Assembly: GCA_020718085.1 (NCBI GenBank)
Contig: DYDB01000003.1
Location: forward strand, 6,606 to 59,568
Direction: 5' to 3'
Origin: Micavibrio sp.
Lineage (GTDB): Bacteria > Patescibacteriota > Minisyncoccia > Moranbacterales > GCA-2747515
DNA length: 52,963 nucleotides
This document shows positions 1-9,057 of the stretch, one piece after another. The translations under genes were made by a program, and so were the position numbers. The notes beneath the pieces are model-generated. The model did no database searches. It saw only the letters and a list, made by a program, of their open reading frames with translations, and was not told where the DNA came from. Each line of letters starts with the position of its first letter. The stretch's first letter is position 1.

Positions 1-822
1 CGGACCTTTGATATCTTTGAGATTACGTAAAACTTCAGTAAGAGTCGCCACATCATGCCCGTCAATTGGTCCAAAATAAAGGAAACCTAATTCCTCAAAA
101 AGAGTGCCGGGTGTCAACAAGCCTTTTGTATATAGCTCTGCCTTACGTGCAAGTTCATGCATCGCCGGTGATTTTCGGGAAAGAATATCTTTACTCTCTT
201 TACGTAAACGCTGAAAGCGTCGCGAAGATATAAGTCGTGTTAAATATTTATGCATTGCACCCACATTTGGCGAGATCGACATTTTATTATCATTTAAGAT
301 CACCAGTACATCTGCCATGACATCACCCGCATGGTTGAGAGCTTCAAATGCCATACCTCCTGTCAGTGCACCATCACCAATGACAGCAATGTGTTTTTCC
401 TTACTATTTTTTGATGCAAGCGCCATGCCCACCACAGCACTGATGGACGTAGTTGAATGTCCCACACCAAAAGCATCATGATCACTTTCCTCTCTCTTGG
501 GAAAAGGTGAGAGACCGTTTTTTTGACGAATTGTACACAAATGGTCCTTCCGTCCTGTAAGAATTTTGTGTGGGTATGCCTGATGACCCACATCCCAAAC
601 GATCTTATCCACGGGTGAATTGAATATGTGATGCAATGCAACTGTAAGCTCCACCACACCGAGGTTTGATCCAAAGTGACCGCCTGTACGCGCAACAGAT
701 TCAATGAGAAAATCACGCACGTCATCACATAGAACACATAATTGTTCATGAGTCAGTTTTTGCACATCGTGAGGACCATTGATCGTATGAAGTATGTGAT
801 ATTTTTCTGTACACTGCGACAT
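1..822 (-). CDS. dxs: 1-deoxy-D-xylulose-5-phosphate synthase (N-terminal part; runs off window start)
   Basis: Manual translation from ATG at 822: MSQCTEKYHIL...TGGHFGSNLGVVELTVALH...WDVGHQAYPHKILTGR...HDAFGVGHSTTSIS...IGDGALTGGMAFEALNHAG...ILNDNKMSISPNVG. These are canonical DXS motifs, including the TPP-binding GDG...NDN. Absent from the ORF track because it has no stop in the window. Confidence 0.97.
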   Translation of the reverse strand, partial: MSQCTEKYHILHTINGPHDVQKLTHEQLCVLCDDVRDFLIESVARTGGHFGSNLGVVELTVALHHIFNSPVDKIVWDVGHQAYPHKILTGRKDHLCTIRQKNGLSPFPKREESDHDAFGVGHSTTSISAVVGMALASKNSKEKHIAVIGDGALTGGMAFEALNHAGDVMADVLVILNDNKMSISPNVGAMHKYLTRLISSRRFQRLRKESKDILSRKSPAMHELARKAELYTKGLLTPGTLFEELGFLYFGPIDGHDVATLTEVLRNLKDIKGP

Positions 823-891
823 AATAGTTATTCTAAAAAAGATTTTGCACACCTTTTGACATTTTACACTACATAAAATACAGTACAAGGT

Positions 892-2115
892 ATGAATATA
901 CAAGATATAAAACAAGATTTTCCCATATTTGCAAGGCAAAAAGACCTTGTTTATCTTGACTCTGCGGCAACTTCCCTCACGCCACAGACTGTCATTGATA
1001 AATTGTGTGATTATTATACCACATATAATGCCAATATTGCGCGTGGACTCTATAAGATCAGCGCCCAAGCAACAGAAGAATTTGAGATGTCTCGAGGAAG
1101 CATTGCGCAATTTATCGGCGCCAATGAAAATGAGATCGTTTTTACATCTGGCACGACCATGAGCCTCAACATGATCGCACATGGACTTGCACACAACATT
1201 ACATCCCAGCACAACATCGTCACAACAGTACTGGAACATCATGCAAATTTCATTCCATGGCAACAGGTTTGCAAAAATGTCAAAGCGGAGTTTCGTGTAG
1301 CCGTGCTCACAGATCATGATGAGGTAGATCAAAACGATCTGCTTGAGCTCATTGATGAGAATACACGGATCATTGCACTAACGCATGTATCCAATGTGCT
1401 TGGCACGATCATTCCTCTCCAAGACATTATCAAAAAAATCCGAATAAAAAATCCGAACGTGATCATCGTGGTCGACGCAGCGCAATCCATTGCGCACGTA
1501 CCCATTAATGTAAGAGATCTTGACTGTGATTTTCTCGCATTTTCCATACACAAAATATTTGGGCCAACCGGCGTTGGCGTGCTCTATGGCAAGAAAGATC
1601 AATTGGAAAAATTACAACCGTTGTTTACAGGTGGTGAAATGATCGAAAGCGTATCTACGTGTGATACCACATTTCGCGAGCTACCCCATCGTTTGGAAGC
1701 AGGTACGCCAGACATCGCAGGCGTGATCGCATCGCGCACTGCGGTCGATTATCTTTTACACATCGGTTTTGAAACAATCCTCACACACGAAAAAGAACTG
1801 CTCACATACTGTATGGAGCAATTCCATGATCATTTCGGACAAGAAATTCGCATTATCGGCCCACAAAACAGCGTGAATCGTTCCGGGCTCATCAGTTTTA
1901 CTTTTGGGAGCTTTCATCCACATGATATCGCGACAATTCTTGATGATAGCGTTTCCGTCGCTATTCGTGCAGGTCAACACTGTGCAATGCCATTACATAT
2001 GGAATCACTACATCTCAATGCAACAGCACGCGTAAGCTTTTCTGTTTATAACACAAAACAAGATATCGACACGCTAATCGTAGGTCTGCACGCCGTGCAA
2101 AAAACTCTCTCTTAA
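892..2115 (+). CDS. sufS: SufS-type cysteine desulfurase
   Basis: VYLDSAATS, EHHANFIPWQ, DAAQ, FSIHK (PLP Lys) GPTGVG, EAGTP, IRAGQHCA (group II catalytic Cys). Confidence 0.93.
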   Translation: MNIQDIKQDFPIFARQKDLVYLDSAATSLTPQTVIDKLCDYYTTYNANIARGLYKISAQATEEFEMSRGSIAQFIGANENEIVFTSGTTMSLNMIAHGLAHNITSQHNIVTTVLEHHANFIPWQQVCKNVKAEFRVAVLTDHDEVDQNDLLELIDENTRIIALTHVSNVLGTIIPLQDIIKKIRIKNPNVIIVVDAAQSIAHVPINVRDLDCDFLAFSIHKIFGPTGVGVLYGKKDQLEKLQPLFTGGEMIESVSTCDTTFRELPHRLEAGTPDIAGVIASRTAVDYLLHIGFETILTHEKELLTYCMEQFHDHFGQEIRIIGPQNSVNRSGLISFTFGSFHPHDIATILDDSVSVAIRAGQHCAMPLHMESLHLNATARVSFSVYNTKQDIDTLIVGLHAVQKTLS

Positions 2116-2158
2116 TTACCTCACAAACATTCTCACTTTATAAACATTTAACTCAGCT

Positions 2159-2536
2159 ATGGATATTTACCAAGAAAAAATTCTCGATCATTATCATAGT
2201 CCGCGAAATACTGGCACACTCGAACATCCTACACACAGACATTGTGCTAACAATCCTACATGTGGTGATAAGATCTGCATTACGCTCATTGTTGAAAACA
2301 ATATCATTGTTGATATCAAATTCACTGGCGAAGGATGTGCCATCTCTCAAGCAGCTGCATCCATGGTCACTGAAAAGATCAAGGGTGACACAACTGAAAA
2401 TGCACTAAAACTGACACGTGATGATATTGTAAAAATGCTCGGTGTAGAGATCGGCATTGGACGCATCCGCTGTGCCCTTCTAGGCATTGAGACAATTCAA
2501 AAAGCAATTCAATGCGGACAAGTTAACAAAAACTAA
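2159..2536 (+). CDS. sufU: SufU/IscU-family Fe-S scaffold/sulfur transfer protein
   Basis: YQEKILDHY..PRN, NPTCGD, GEGCAISQAAAS, RIRCALL (three conserved Cys); directly after sufS. Confidence 0.9.
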   Translation: MDIYQEKILDHYHSPRNTGTLEHPTHRHCANNPTCGDKICITLIVENNIIVDIKFTGEGCAISQAAASMVTEKIKGDTTENALKLTRDDIVKMLGVEIGIGRIRCALLGIETIQKAIQCGQVNKN

Positions 2537-2541
2537 AAATC

Positions 2542-2577
2542 TGTCATTGCGAACCATTTTGGATGGTGAAGCAATCC
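2542..2577. repeat. REP/RPE-like palindromic half element (TGTCATTGCGA...GAAGCAATCC)
   Basis: ATTGC/GCAAT outer stem and ACCAT/ATGGT inner stem; same TGTCAT...ATCC frame as the elements at 31818 and 41283. Confidence 0.55.
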
Positions 2578-2593
2578 ATATTTCAATAACACC

Positions 2594-2893
2594 ATGATAA
2601 TTGACAAAGAACTATTTCAAAAACTTCACACGGTCATTGACCCAGAACTTAACATTCCCATTACTGACATGGGACTCATTTATGGCATTGAAAAAACTGA
2701 ACACACAATCCACGTCACCATGACACTTACCACGATCGGCTGTCCGCTCTATGATGTGATTCATGATGAAATTGTGCGCACACTTAAAACCGATTCAGCA
2801 ATTACAGATGTAAAGATCGAACTTACTTTTGATCCTCCGTGGAATCCCGACATGATGACCGACGCAGCAAAAATGGAAGTGGGATTTTTGTAA
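2594..2893 (+). CDS. DUF59/SufT/PaaD-like Fe-S maturation protein
   Basis: VIDPELNIPITDMGLIY, MTLTTIGCP, FDPPWNPDMMT motifs. Confidence 0.9.
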   Translation: MIIDKELFQKLHTVIDPELNIPITDMGLIYGIEKTEHTIHVTMTLTTIGCPLYDVIHDEIVRTLKTDSAITDVKIELTFDPPWNPDMMTDAAKMEVGFL

Positions 2894-2897
2894 AAAA

Positions 2898-2940
2898 GAA
2901 AACCGACCTGTCGCATATGCAAATGCAACAGGTCGGTTTC
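2898..2940. terminator. Intrinsic terminator between convergent genes
   Basis: AAACCGACCTGT...ACAGGTCGGTTT stem with flanking A run. Confidence 0.75.
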
Positions 2941-2946
2941 GCATGT

Positions 2947-3336
2947 TTACTTGAAAAGACGTGCGAATGTCTTTCTGCCCTTTATAACTTCCTCAAACAA
3001 CTTTTGAGTCACCGGTCCCTTTCCTTTTACAAAATGGTACCCGGTAATATCATCAAAATTTTCTACAGGCGCATAACTTTGTTCATCAAGAAGACTAGCA
3101 ATATCTTCCTTTGACAAACATATCATCAGCATTGCTGTTACAGAATCTTTGACTGACTGTCGTGCATCAAAGTGTAGAGTTATGTGCGATCCGCACATTG
3201 CCTTGTTTTCGATCTCTACCTCATATGGTGTCAGGGTTTCTACGATTGATTTTTCTTGCGCATAAACCCCGACCGCATTAATCATCAAAATTGAAAGGAA
3301 AAAACAGATGCTACATGCGAAAATTTTCATGATCAC
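2947..3336 (-). CDS. Hypothetical exported protein
   Basis: N-terminal hydrophobic segment with VYA-QE cleavage-like site; own promoter and AAGGAG SD. Confidence 0.7.
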   Translation of the reverse strand: MIMKIFACSICFFLSILMINAVGVYAQEKSIVETLTPYEVEIENKAMCGSHITLHFDARQSVKDSVTAMLMICLSKEDIASLLDEQSYAPVENFDDITGYHFVKGKGPVTQKLFEEVIKGRKTFARLFK

Positions 3337-3375
3337 TCTCCTTAGGCAGTTTTTGGTTAACGAACATTAAACTTC

Positions 3376-3404
3376 ATTATATCATATACTTGCCTTATTG
3401 TCAA
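3376..3404 (-). promoter_or_regulatory. Consensus sigma70 promoter
   Basis: TTGACA-17 nt-TATAAT with extended TG on minus strand. Confidence 0.8.
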
Positions 3405-3417
3405 TATTCGCATCAAC

Positions 3418-3445
3418 AAAAAACACCGTTTTTACGGTGTTTTTT
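3418..3445. terminator. Intrinsic terminator
   Basis: AAAAAACACCGT-TTTT-ACGGTGTTTTTT hairpin just after stop of 3462..4268. Confidence 0.8.
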
Positions 3446-3461
3446 CTTTTAAGTGGTCCTA

Positions 3462-4268
3462 TTATTCAAATTTGAAACTATCAAACATCTCATTCTGCAC
3501 TCCGCCGCTGTCAGATTTACCCCAAAAACGAGATGAGTGACCTAGATCACATAATGCCAACTTACTTTCTGTTGTAGAATAGTATGCAAATATCATCCAG
3601 TTCAAAAAACATCCACCTTCTTCTTCACCATAGTTTTCCATTGCAGATCTCACAACATGTGAGCTAACATTAACCTTTCCATCTTCAAAAACAATATTAT
3701 TCGATTTACAACCCTGATATCCTTGACGTTGTGCAAAAACAGCATTGATGGATGTCGATTCATTTTCTACCGATATAATCGAGATGACCACACCACCAGA
3801 TATATCAGACGGTTTACCTTGTAAATCCCGATCAAACATATCAAAATCAAAATGGTAACATTTATCTTCATCATAGGAATATACATTTTTCGATCCGACA
3901 TATACACGACCTGTCTTATCGTCAGAAATAACAATAATAGCTTGGTCTTTCAAGCAATCGGCGGATTGATCCAAAACACCGCCACCAATATCAAATGACT
4001 GATAGTTATATTTTGGCACCTTCATCGAAAATCCTAACGTATGATTTGTGTATAGATTCCATTCATCATCCACACTTACCAACGTAGCTGGTTCTTGACC
4101 TGTTTTTTGTTCTACATCCTCCACCTTTTGGCTTTTTTGTACAACAGTCCTTTGTTCTGTTATCACAGGTGCTATCGCACGATCCGGTTTGAGTGCAATA
4201 TATGCCAACAGACCGATTACGATCAGTGCAAGAATCACAAGTGTTGTGATGAGGATATTATGTTTCAT
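3462..4268 (-). CDS. Hypothetical membrane-anchored surface protein
   Basis: Single N-terminal TM helix, linker, WNLYTNHTLGFSMKVP motif typical of CPR exported proteins, several Cys. Confidence 0.75.
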   Translation of the reverse strand: MKHNILITTLVILALIVIGLLAYIALKPDRAIAPVITEQRTVVQKSQKVEDVEQKTGQEPATLVSVDDEWNLYTNHTLGFSMKVPKYNYQSFDIGGGVLDQSADCLKDQAIIVISDDKTGRVYVGSKNVYSYDEDKCYHFDFDMFDRDLQGKPSDISGGVVISIISVENESTSINAVFAQRQGYQGCKSNNIVFEDGKVNVSSHVVRSAMENYGEEEGGCFLNWMIFAYYSTTESKLALCDLGHSSRFWGKSDSGGVQNEMFDSFKFE

Positions 4269-4321
4269 CTTTTCTTTTTAATTTTTATGTCCACTATGAA
4301 CATAGTATATCACAAAAATAT

Positions 4322-4864
4322 TTACGTGGAGCGTTTTTCTATCTCATCAATTATATCAAACCAATATTCTCCACGAGGCACATATTCTTTAGGATTTTTT
4401 TGTAGCTCTCGCAAAATTTTTGATATAGGCATAAAGCGAACTTCTTGCACCTCACTTTCTTGTAATTTTAGTTTCTTTATATCTCCATCAAATTTAAAAA
4501 GATACACATAGTAAAATTCGTTATTTTTTATTTCTCCAATTTCTATTGATACTTTTTTTACATTACAAAATTGCAACTCTTCTTCATCGATCGTCAATCC
4601 AATCTCTTCTTTTATTTCTCTCACAGCAGAAACAACGGGCTTTTCACTTGCACCAACATGTCCTGCTACTGAAAGATCCCATAAGTCAGGATAGAGCGAT
4701 TTATTTTTTGTTCTCAATTGAAGGAGAATTTCACCTTTTGCATTGTATATCCAAATATGGGCCGCCCTATGCCAAAAGCCATTCTTATGTGCTTCACTCT
4801 TCATTTTTTGCATTTTTGTGATTTTGTTGTTCTCATCACAAATATCGATCAATTCATCTGTCAT
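4322..4864 (-). CDS. NUDIX hydrolase, type-1 IDI/YfcD-like fold
   Basis: H..G.WHRAAH, LWDLSVAGHV, Nudix box GHVGASEKPVVSAVREIKEEIGL. Confidence 0.8.
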   Translation of the reverse strand: MTDELIDICDENNKITKMQKMKSEAHKNGFWHRAAHIWIYNAKGEILLQLRTKNKSLYPDLWDLSVAGHVGASEKPVVSAVREIKEEIGLTIDEEELQFCNVKKVSIEIGEIKNNEFYYVYLFKFDGDIKKLKLQESEVQEVRFMPISKILRELQKNPKEYVPRGEYWFDIIDEIEKRST

Positions 4865-4911
4865 ATTATTGTAAAAACACTGTCTATATTTAGAGGATCA
4901 TCATCACACAA

Positions 4912-4937
4912 AAAGCACTGCGTGAATGCAGTGCTTT
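4912..4937 (-). terminator. Intrinsic terminator after ispG
   Basis: AAAGCACTGC-GTGAAT-GCAGTGCTTT hairpin; U-tract on minus strand. Confidence 0.75.
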
Positions 4938-4944
4938 CAAGGAA

Positions 4945-6141
4945 CTATTTAGGGTCAATCCACTTCTTATCCTTCTTGATCAGTTCAATAAGCGTATCAA
5001 GCGCTTGCTCCTGTGGAATGTTTCGTTCAATGACTTCCTTGCCGCGATACAAACTGATCTTACCTGGTGCGCCGCCCACATAGCCAAAGTCTGCATCCGC
5101 CATTTCTCCCGGACCATTGACAATGCATCCCATCACAGCAATGCGTACACCTGTAAGATGTCCGAGACGTGATTTGATCTCCTTGGTAACCGAAGCAATA
5201 TCAAAGAGGGTGCGCCCGCAGGATGGGCACGAAATAAATTCTGCTTTTGTGATCCGACGCTTTGTTGCTTGAAGAATTGTAAAGCACACGGGAATTTCAT
5301 CCTCTGGTGGTTCTGTCAGTGATACGCGAAGCGTGTCTCCAATGCCCTCCAAGAGAAGCGTGCCAATACCAATCGTTGATTTGGCACGACCATCCTCTTC
5401 ACTACCAGCTTCCGTCACACCGAGATGAATTGGGTAATCCATAGCTTCCGCATCCATTTCATATGCAAGTAATCGATTCGCCTCGATCATGACCGTTGGA
5501 TCGGAAGATTTGATCGCAACCACAATATTATGATATTCGTGCTTCTGAAATACACGCAAATATTCCATCACACTTTCCACAAGGCCTTGCGCCGTATTAC
5601 CATACTTTCCCAATATGCGTCCAGAGAGCGATCCCCAGTTTGCACCAATGCGAATCGGCTTCTGCGACTTTTTGAGCTCATCAATGAAAGGCAAAAGCCC
5701 CTCTTCAATTCTTTCTAATTCTTGTTGATATTCATCATCAGTTAGGATCTTATCTCCCATTCCGCGACTATCCAAAAGATTACCTGGATTGAGACGAATT
5801 TTATCTGCGTATTTAAGTGCTTCAAATGCTGCGGCTTTGTCAAAATGGATATCTGCGACAATCGGCACATCACAATTATGTTCTTCTTTGAGAATTTTTT
5901 TGATCTCTCTGAGGGCATGCACATGTTTCACTGTTGGTGTGGTAATACGGACAAGCTCCGATCCAGCACGCACACATCGCATAATTTGATCAACTGTAGC
6001 ACTCACATTAAGAGTATCCGTATTTGTCATCGTTTGTACACGAATCGGTTCATCACCGCCAATGCCAATATTTCCCACCTGCACGACACGTGTTTTACGA
6101 CGCGGTTTCAGCGCCTTGTAATCAAAATCATGTGCTGTCAT
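4945..6141 (-). CDS. ispG: (E)-4-hydroxy-3-methylbut-2-enyl-diphosphate synthase
   Basis: IRVQTMTNT, IVADIHF, IRLNPGN, HLGVTEAG, GIGDTLRVSL, ISCPSCGR and VMGCIVNGPGE (4Fe-4S ligands). Confidence 0.97.
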   Translation of the reverse strand: MTAHDFDYKALKPRRKTRVVQVGNIGIGGDEPIRVQTMTNTDTLNVSATVDQIMRCVRAGSELVRITTPTVKHVHALREIKKILKEEHNCDVPIVADIHFDKAAAFEALKYADKIRLNPGNLLDSRGMGDKILTDDEYQQELERIEEGLLPFIDELKKSQKPIRIGANWGSLSGRILGKYGNTAQGLVESVMEYLRVFQKHEYHNIVVAIKSSDPTVMIEANRLLAYEMDAEAMDYPIHLGVTEAGSEEDGRAKSTIGIGTLLLEGIGDTLRVSLTEPPEDEIPVCFTILQATKRRITKAEFISCPSCGRTLFDIASVTKEIKSRLGHLTGVRIAVMGCIVNGPGEMADADFGYVGGAPGKISLYRGKEVIERNIPQEQALDTLIELIKKDKKWIDPK

Positions 6142-6315
6142 ATGACCTATAGATCAATAGTTAGAAGTCTTATTTCTATCGTCAGTGTATGAAAAAATGC
6201 ACCATTTGTCAAAATCAAAATATATTCTTATAACACTCACTATATTCATCTGCATTTAATGATATACCCAAAAATGTTATACTGAACATATATAATTTCA
6301 TACATTAAACATTAT

Positions 6316-7404
6316 ATGAAAAATCACTACATTGTTATTATGGCTGGAGGTTCCGGTACGCGCTTATGGCCCCTGTCTCGTAAAGATAACCCCAAACAAT
6401 TTCAAAAGCTCACAAGCGAAGAACATACGCTTCTCCAAGAAACGTATGACCGTGTTTCCCCACTTGTGGAGAACCTCGATCACATTTATGTTGCCACCAC
6501 ACAAAGTTATGAGAATATCGTAAAAGAACAATTACCAAATCTTCCCGTAGAAAATATCATTCTCGAACCATGCGGCCGAGACACAGCGCCGGCAATTGCC
6601 TTTGCTACACGTATTATTCACCGCAAGGATCCCGATGCGATCATCACCACCACACCGTCAGATCATGCGATCAAAAACCCCGGATCTTATATCTGTACCG
6701 TGCAAACGGCGTTTGACGTCCTCGCTGACCATCCAGAAAAATTTGGATTGATCGGCATCACACCTACAGAACCCAGTACCGAACTGGGCTATATTCAAAT
6801 GGGCAAAGAATTAAAAAGCGACTACAAAAAACGCGTTTTTGAAGCGGTTGCATTCAAAGAAAAACCGGATGCAAAAACCGCAAAAAAATATGTGAGTAAC
6901 TGGTCATATTTGTGGAATGCCGCATACTTTGTATTTAAAGCAGAAACATTCCTTGCGATGGTACAAAAATTCACACCACACATCCATGATGCACTCGTAC
7001 AAATTGATGCAGCAAAGGACACCAAATCTATGCAAGATATTTTTTGTAAACTTCCCAAAGAACCGATTGACACAGTGATCTTGGAAAAATTATCTGCGCA
7101 AGATCGATTCGTTGTACCGGCAGAACTTGAGTGGAGTGACGTCGGCAACTGGCGCACACTCCATGACTTTCACCGTTGTGAGAACAGCACAAAAAACGTT
7201 ACGCGCGGGAAGGTCGTGGGGATCAACTCACAAAACTGTTTCGTATTTGGGCATCACAGCAAGACAATTGCCACGCTTGGACTCAACGATATTGTGGTCA
7301 TTGATACAGATGACGCAATTCTCATTGCACACAGAGATTACGCACATGAGGTCAAAAAAGTTATCGAGCAACTCAAGGATCAAGAAATGGAAGATCTGTT
7401 ATAA
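6316..7404 (+). CDS. manC: Mannose-1-phosphate guanylyltransferase
   Basis: IMAGGSGTRLWPLSR..PKQF, EP.GRDTAPAI, PSDH, GYI, FKEKPD, WSDVGNW. Confidence 0.92.
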   Translation: MKNHYIVIMAGGSGTRLWPLSRKDNPKQFQKLTSEEHTLLQETYDRVSPLVENLDHIYVATTQSYENIVKEQLPNLPVENIILEPCGRDTAPAIAFATRIIHRKDPDAIITTTPSDHAIKNPGSYICTVQTAFDVLADHPEKFGLIGITPTEPSTELGYIQMGKELKSDYKKRVFEAVAFKEKPDAKTAKKYVSNWSYLWNAAYFVFKAETFLAMVQKFTPHIHDALVQIDAAKDTKSMQDIFCKLPKEPIDTVILEKLSAQDRFVVPAELEWSDVGNWRTLHDFHRCENSTKNVTRGKVVGINSQNCFVFGHHSKTIATLGLNDIVVIDTDDAILIAHRDYAHEVKKVIEQLKDQEMEDLL

Positions 7405-7407
7405 AAC

Positions 7408-7439
7408 AAAAACATCCACAGACACGTGGATGTTTTTTT
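7408..7439. terminator. Bidirectional intrinsic terminator
   Basis: AAAAACATCCAC...GTGGATGTTTTT between convergent genes. Confidence 0.8.
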
Positions 7440-7462
7440 GCAAGTTATATCTTTATATGTTT

Positions 7463-7942
7463 TTATGCGCTCTTTGTAAAAGCAACGCCATAGATCATAA
7501 TTTCATCACCACACAGCCAATCATATGTTGTTTTTGAGTCCATAGATTGTCTCCGATTTCCGTTCTCTTCCCACACATCTCTTCGTCCTTCTACCCAATA
7601 ACAATTATCTTCTTTTTTGGTAATTTTTTTAATGTATGCCCCATCACATTTTTCATGTGTACATTCGAATGCAATGACATCTCCCACAAAAAATTCTGTA
7701 GCCGGCACCACATCAACCAACGCACGATCAAAAAATCCATACGATTCCATAGAATGTCCCTCAACCTGAAAAACACGTGTATGCGCAAAATCATATCGCT
7801 CTTTACCAATATTTTCATTGGCATATGGTACATATTCTGCCGCATTTGCAATTACGCCAAAAGGCAAAAAAGCCCATAAAACAAAGACAAAAATGAAGCC
7901 AGGGTAGTACATATACAAAAATCTTATATATTTAATGCCCAA
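7463..7942 (-). CDS. Membrane-anchored S24/S26-family (Ser/Lys dyad) peptidase-like protein
   Basis: TM helix, VEGHSMES (catalytic Ser motif), GDVIAF, YIKKI (Lys), SMDSK; exact start uncertain. Confidence 0.6.
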   Translation of the reverse strand: MGIKYIRFLYMYYPGFIFVFVLWAFLPFGVIANAAEYVPYANENIGKERYDFAHTRVFQVEGHSMESYGFFDRALVDVVPATEFFVGDVIAFECTHEKCDGAYIKKITKKEDNCYWVEGRRDVWEENGNRRQSMDSKTTYDWLCGDEIMIYGVAFTKSA

Positions 7943-7967
7943 TTATCTCTCAATAATTGAACTGCCT

Positions 7968-7996
7968 ACTATAGCATATTTTTGTTTTTTTGTCAA
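7968..7996 (-). promoter_or_regulatory. sigma70 promoter
   Basis: TTGACA-17 nt-TATAGT with TG extension. Confidence 0.7.
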
Positions 7997-8063
7997 TAGT
8001 TTTGAAAATTAAAACTACTTTATGTTCTCTCATAAAGTAGTACCATCAACGTGTCAAATTCTG

Positions 8064-8999
8064 TCAAAAATTCACTTCCAATGCAGTAAATCTCCTTTTA
8101 TACTCCTCAAATACCCGTGGCCCGTGCGGTTTGGGCAAAAACACAAGAAATTGATCCGTGTAAAGCACGATTCCTCCTTTGTACTGCGTTTTTGGATTAT
8201 CCTTAATTTTACGTTCTTGCGCTCTTTTGAGTCGTTGCTCCATGCCACGATCCCCTAAAATCAATTCAAGGAATCGTCGCGTATTTTTTGTTAGTATTGT
8301 GTCTTTCATAGCTGTCACATAAGATCTGTTCCGCATCATATGCGGTTTATATGAGTGAATCCATTGATTTTCCATACAAAAATGAGAAAAAACACCTGTA
8401 TCAAAAACAGGAAATATATAGGAATATTCATGTGCAGCAAAAAGATCTTTTGTTGGCACCGTAAGAGATTCTGTAGTGATGTGATAATTCAAACATGCAC
8501 GATCATTCACTTTGTCTCCGTAACGGCGAAATCCGCACGCGTGCGCCAAAATTGTCACACAGAGTCGACCTGTCCAAATATGCCCATGTTCATAGACGAT
8601 CAGGAGATCCAGGTCGCTCTTTTCTTCACAATGATCATATGACAACCGTCCCGTCACACAGATCATACGCACGAAAGGACTCATGCATAATATACGTGCA
8701 ATCTTTTGTATCTTTTTTCTTTTTTGCATACTGATAATTGCACGGCTGCGACGTGTATCTACCAAATGCTCCCGCCCTTGTAAAAAATATAATCCGTTTT
8801 TTTCTCCAACATATTGACGTATTTCCCATGCTGAAAGCGCATCATAAACGTCTGAAAGTATCCATGTGCCATTCGTATGGTCTGCACTGCAACGGATCAT
8901 ATCTTTCCATACTTCAAAAGCCGTCAGTGGTCGATCAAATACATCGTGGTATGTGATCGTTGCCAAAATATTTTTATACAATATAGAATCCACAAACAT
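8064..8999 (-). CDS. Nucleotidyltransferase-fold hypothetical protein
   Basis: ICVTGRLS...SDLDLLIV resembles the pol-beta hG(S)..DxD motif; N-terminal wHTH-like part. Confidence 0.65.
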   Translation of the reverse strand: MFVDSILYKNILATITYHDVFDRPLTAFEVWKDMIRCSADHTNGTWILSDVYDALSAWEIRQYVGEKNGLYFLQGREHLVDTRRSRAIISMQKRKKIQKIARILCMSPFVRMICVTGRLSYDHCEEKSDLDLLIVYEHGHIWTGRLCVTILAHACGFRRYGDKVNDRACLNYHITTESLTVPTKDLFAAHEYSYIFPVFDTGVFSHFCMENQWIHSYKPHMMRNRSYVTAMKDTILTKNTRRFLELILGDRGMEQRLKRAQERKIKDNPKTQYKGGIVLYTDQFLVFLPKPHGPRVFEEYKRRFTALEVNF

Positions 9000-9057
9000 G
9001 ACTTACTGCTAATACAACCCTCCCCCTTATTTCTCATGCCTCTTTACCAAAAGCGAT

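Noticed and set aside
363-749. 128 aa ORF from the track
   Set aside because: Alternative frame inside dxs, which is the real gene (1..822).
4322-4864. Calling this gene idi
   Set aside because: The catalytic Cys of type-1 IDI is missing; kept as a generic NUDIX.
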